A stretch of 63,729 bases of DNA, counting the filler, from Neoconidiobolus thromboides FSU 785 (taxonomy: Eukaryota; Fungi; Entomophthoromycota): the NCBI GenBank assembly GCA_025603075.1. It is 9 parts of 9 records of this genome, joined end to end, with 100 filler letters (N's around TTAATTAATTAA, not from the genome) between each part and the next. Parts side by side here need not be neighbours in the genome. Positions count along the whole stretch, not along the records: positions 62,571 to 63,729 come from MU627030.1; 8 more parts are not named here. The stretch is one strand, 5' to 3'. This document shows, piece after piece, positions 63,572 through 63,729 of this stretch. Under the pieces are notes generated by a model. That model did no database searches. It saw only the letters and a list, made by a program, of their open reading frames with translations, and was not told where the DNA came from. The first letter of the stretch is position 1, and every line of letters starts with the position of its first letter. The position numbers were made by a program, and so were the translations under genes.

Positions 63572-63729
63572 TTAGAAAACCTTCTTAATAGATTTCATGA
63601 TATCAAAAAAATGATCTTTAACATATCCCTTTGCAAGATTACCACTTTCTTTTAAAACTTGTTTACGAACCCCTCTAAGAACAATCAGTTTTTCATCAAA
63701 GTCCTTTCCTTTGTATTCATTGAGGATCT
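63572..63729 (-). CDS. C-terminal end of an unidentified gene running off the window
   Basis: ILNEYKGKDFDEKLIVLRGVRKQVLKESGNLAKGYVKDHFFDIMKSIKKVF* is open to the window edge. Confidence 0.45.
   Translation of the reverse strand, partial: ILNEYKGKDFDEKLIVLRGVRKQVLKESGNLAKGYVKDHFFDIMKSIKKVF

Overview
This is very AT-rich eukaryotic draft-assembly DNA with short GT-AG introns and eight N-gaps, each carrying an artificial TTAATTAATTAA spacer. Gene content suggests an early-diverging fungus; Entomophthoromycota/Conidiobolus-like is my inference. Housekeeping genes: OYE flavin oxidoreductase, MAD1, TAF8, two tail-to-tail long-chain acyl-CoA synthetases, an RNR2 3' end, P450 pieces, cyclophilin, exosome MTR3-like and an S6K-like kinase. 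Secreted proteins: class-3 lipase, M64 peptidase, two trypsins, an AA11-like LPMO, and Gly/Ser-rich and Pro/Tyr-repeat proteins. The most striking structure is a same-strand array of at least seven intronless Zn2Cys6 transcription-factor paralogues (37.6-54.7 kb). Four are intact, each exactly 1623 nt and of identical register despite strong substitution divergence, including in the DNA-recognition helix; two are pseudogenes and one is gap-truncated. The window also holds about 16 copies of a ~105-bp MITE with ATAT|GGGG...CCCC|ATAT ends, and degenerate copies of a ~3-kb Sola-like DDE transposon with the same termini. A CENP-B/pogo-type DNA-binding gene lacks its DDE domain. A perfect 590-bp inverted repeat, made of paralogous coding sequence, flanks the MTR3-S6K interval. 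No rRNA, tRNA or CRISPR array was seen. All homology calls come from motif recognition by eye, not database searches.
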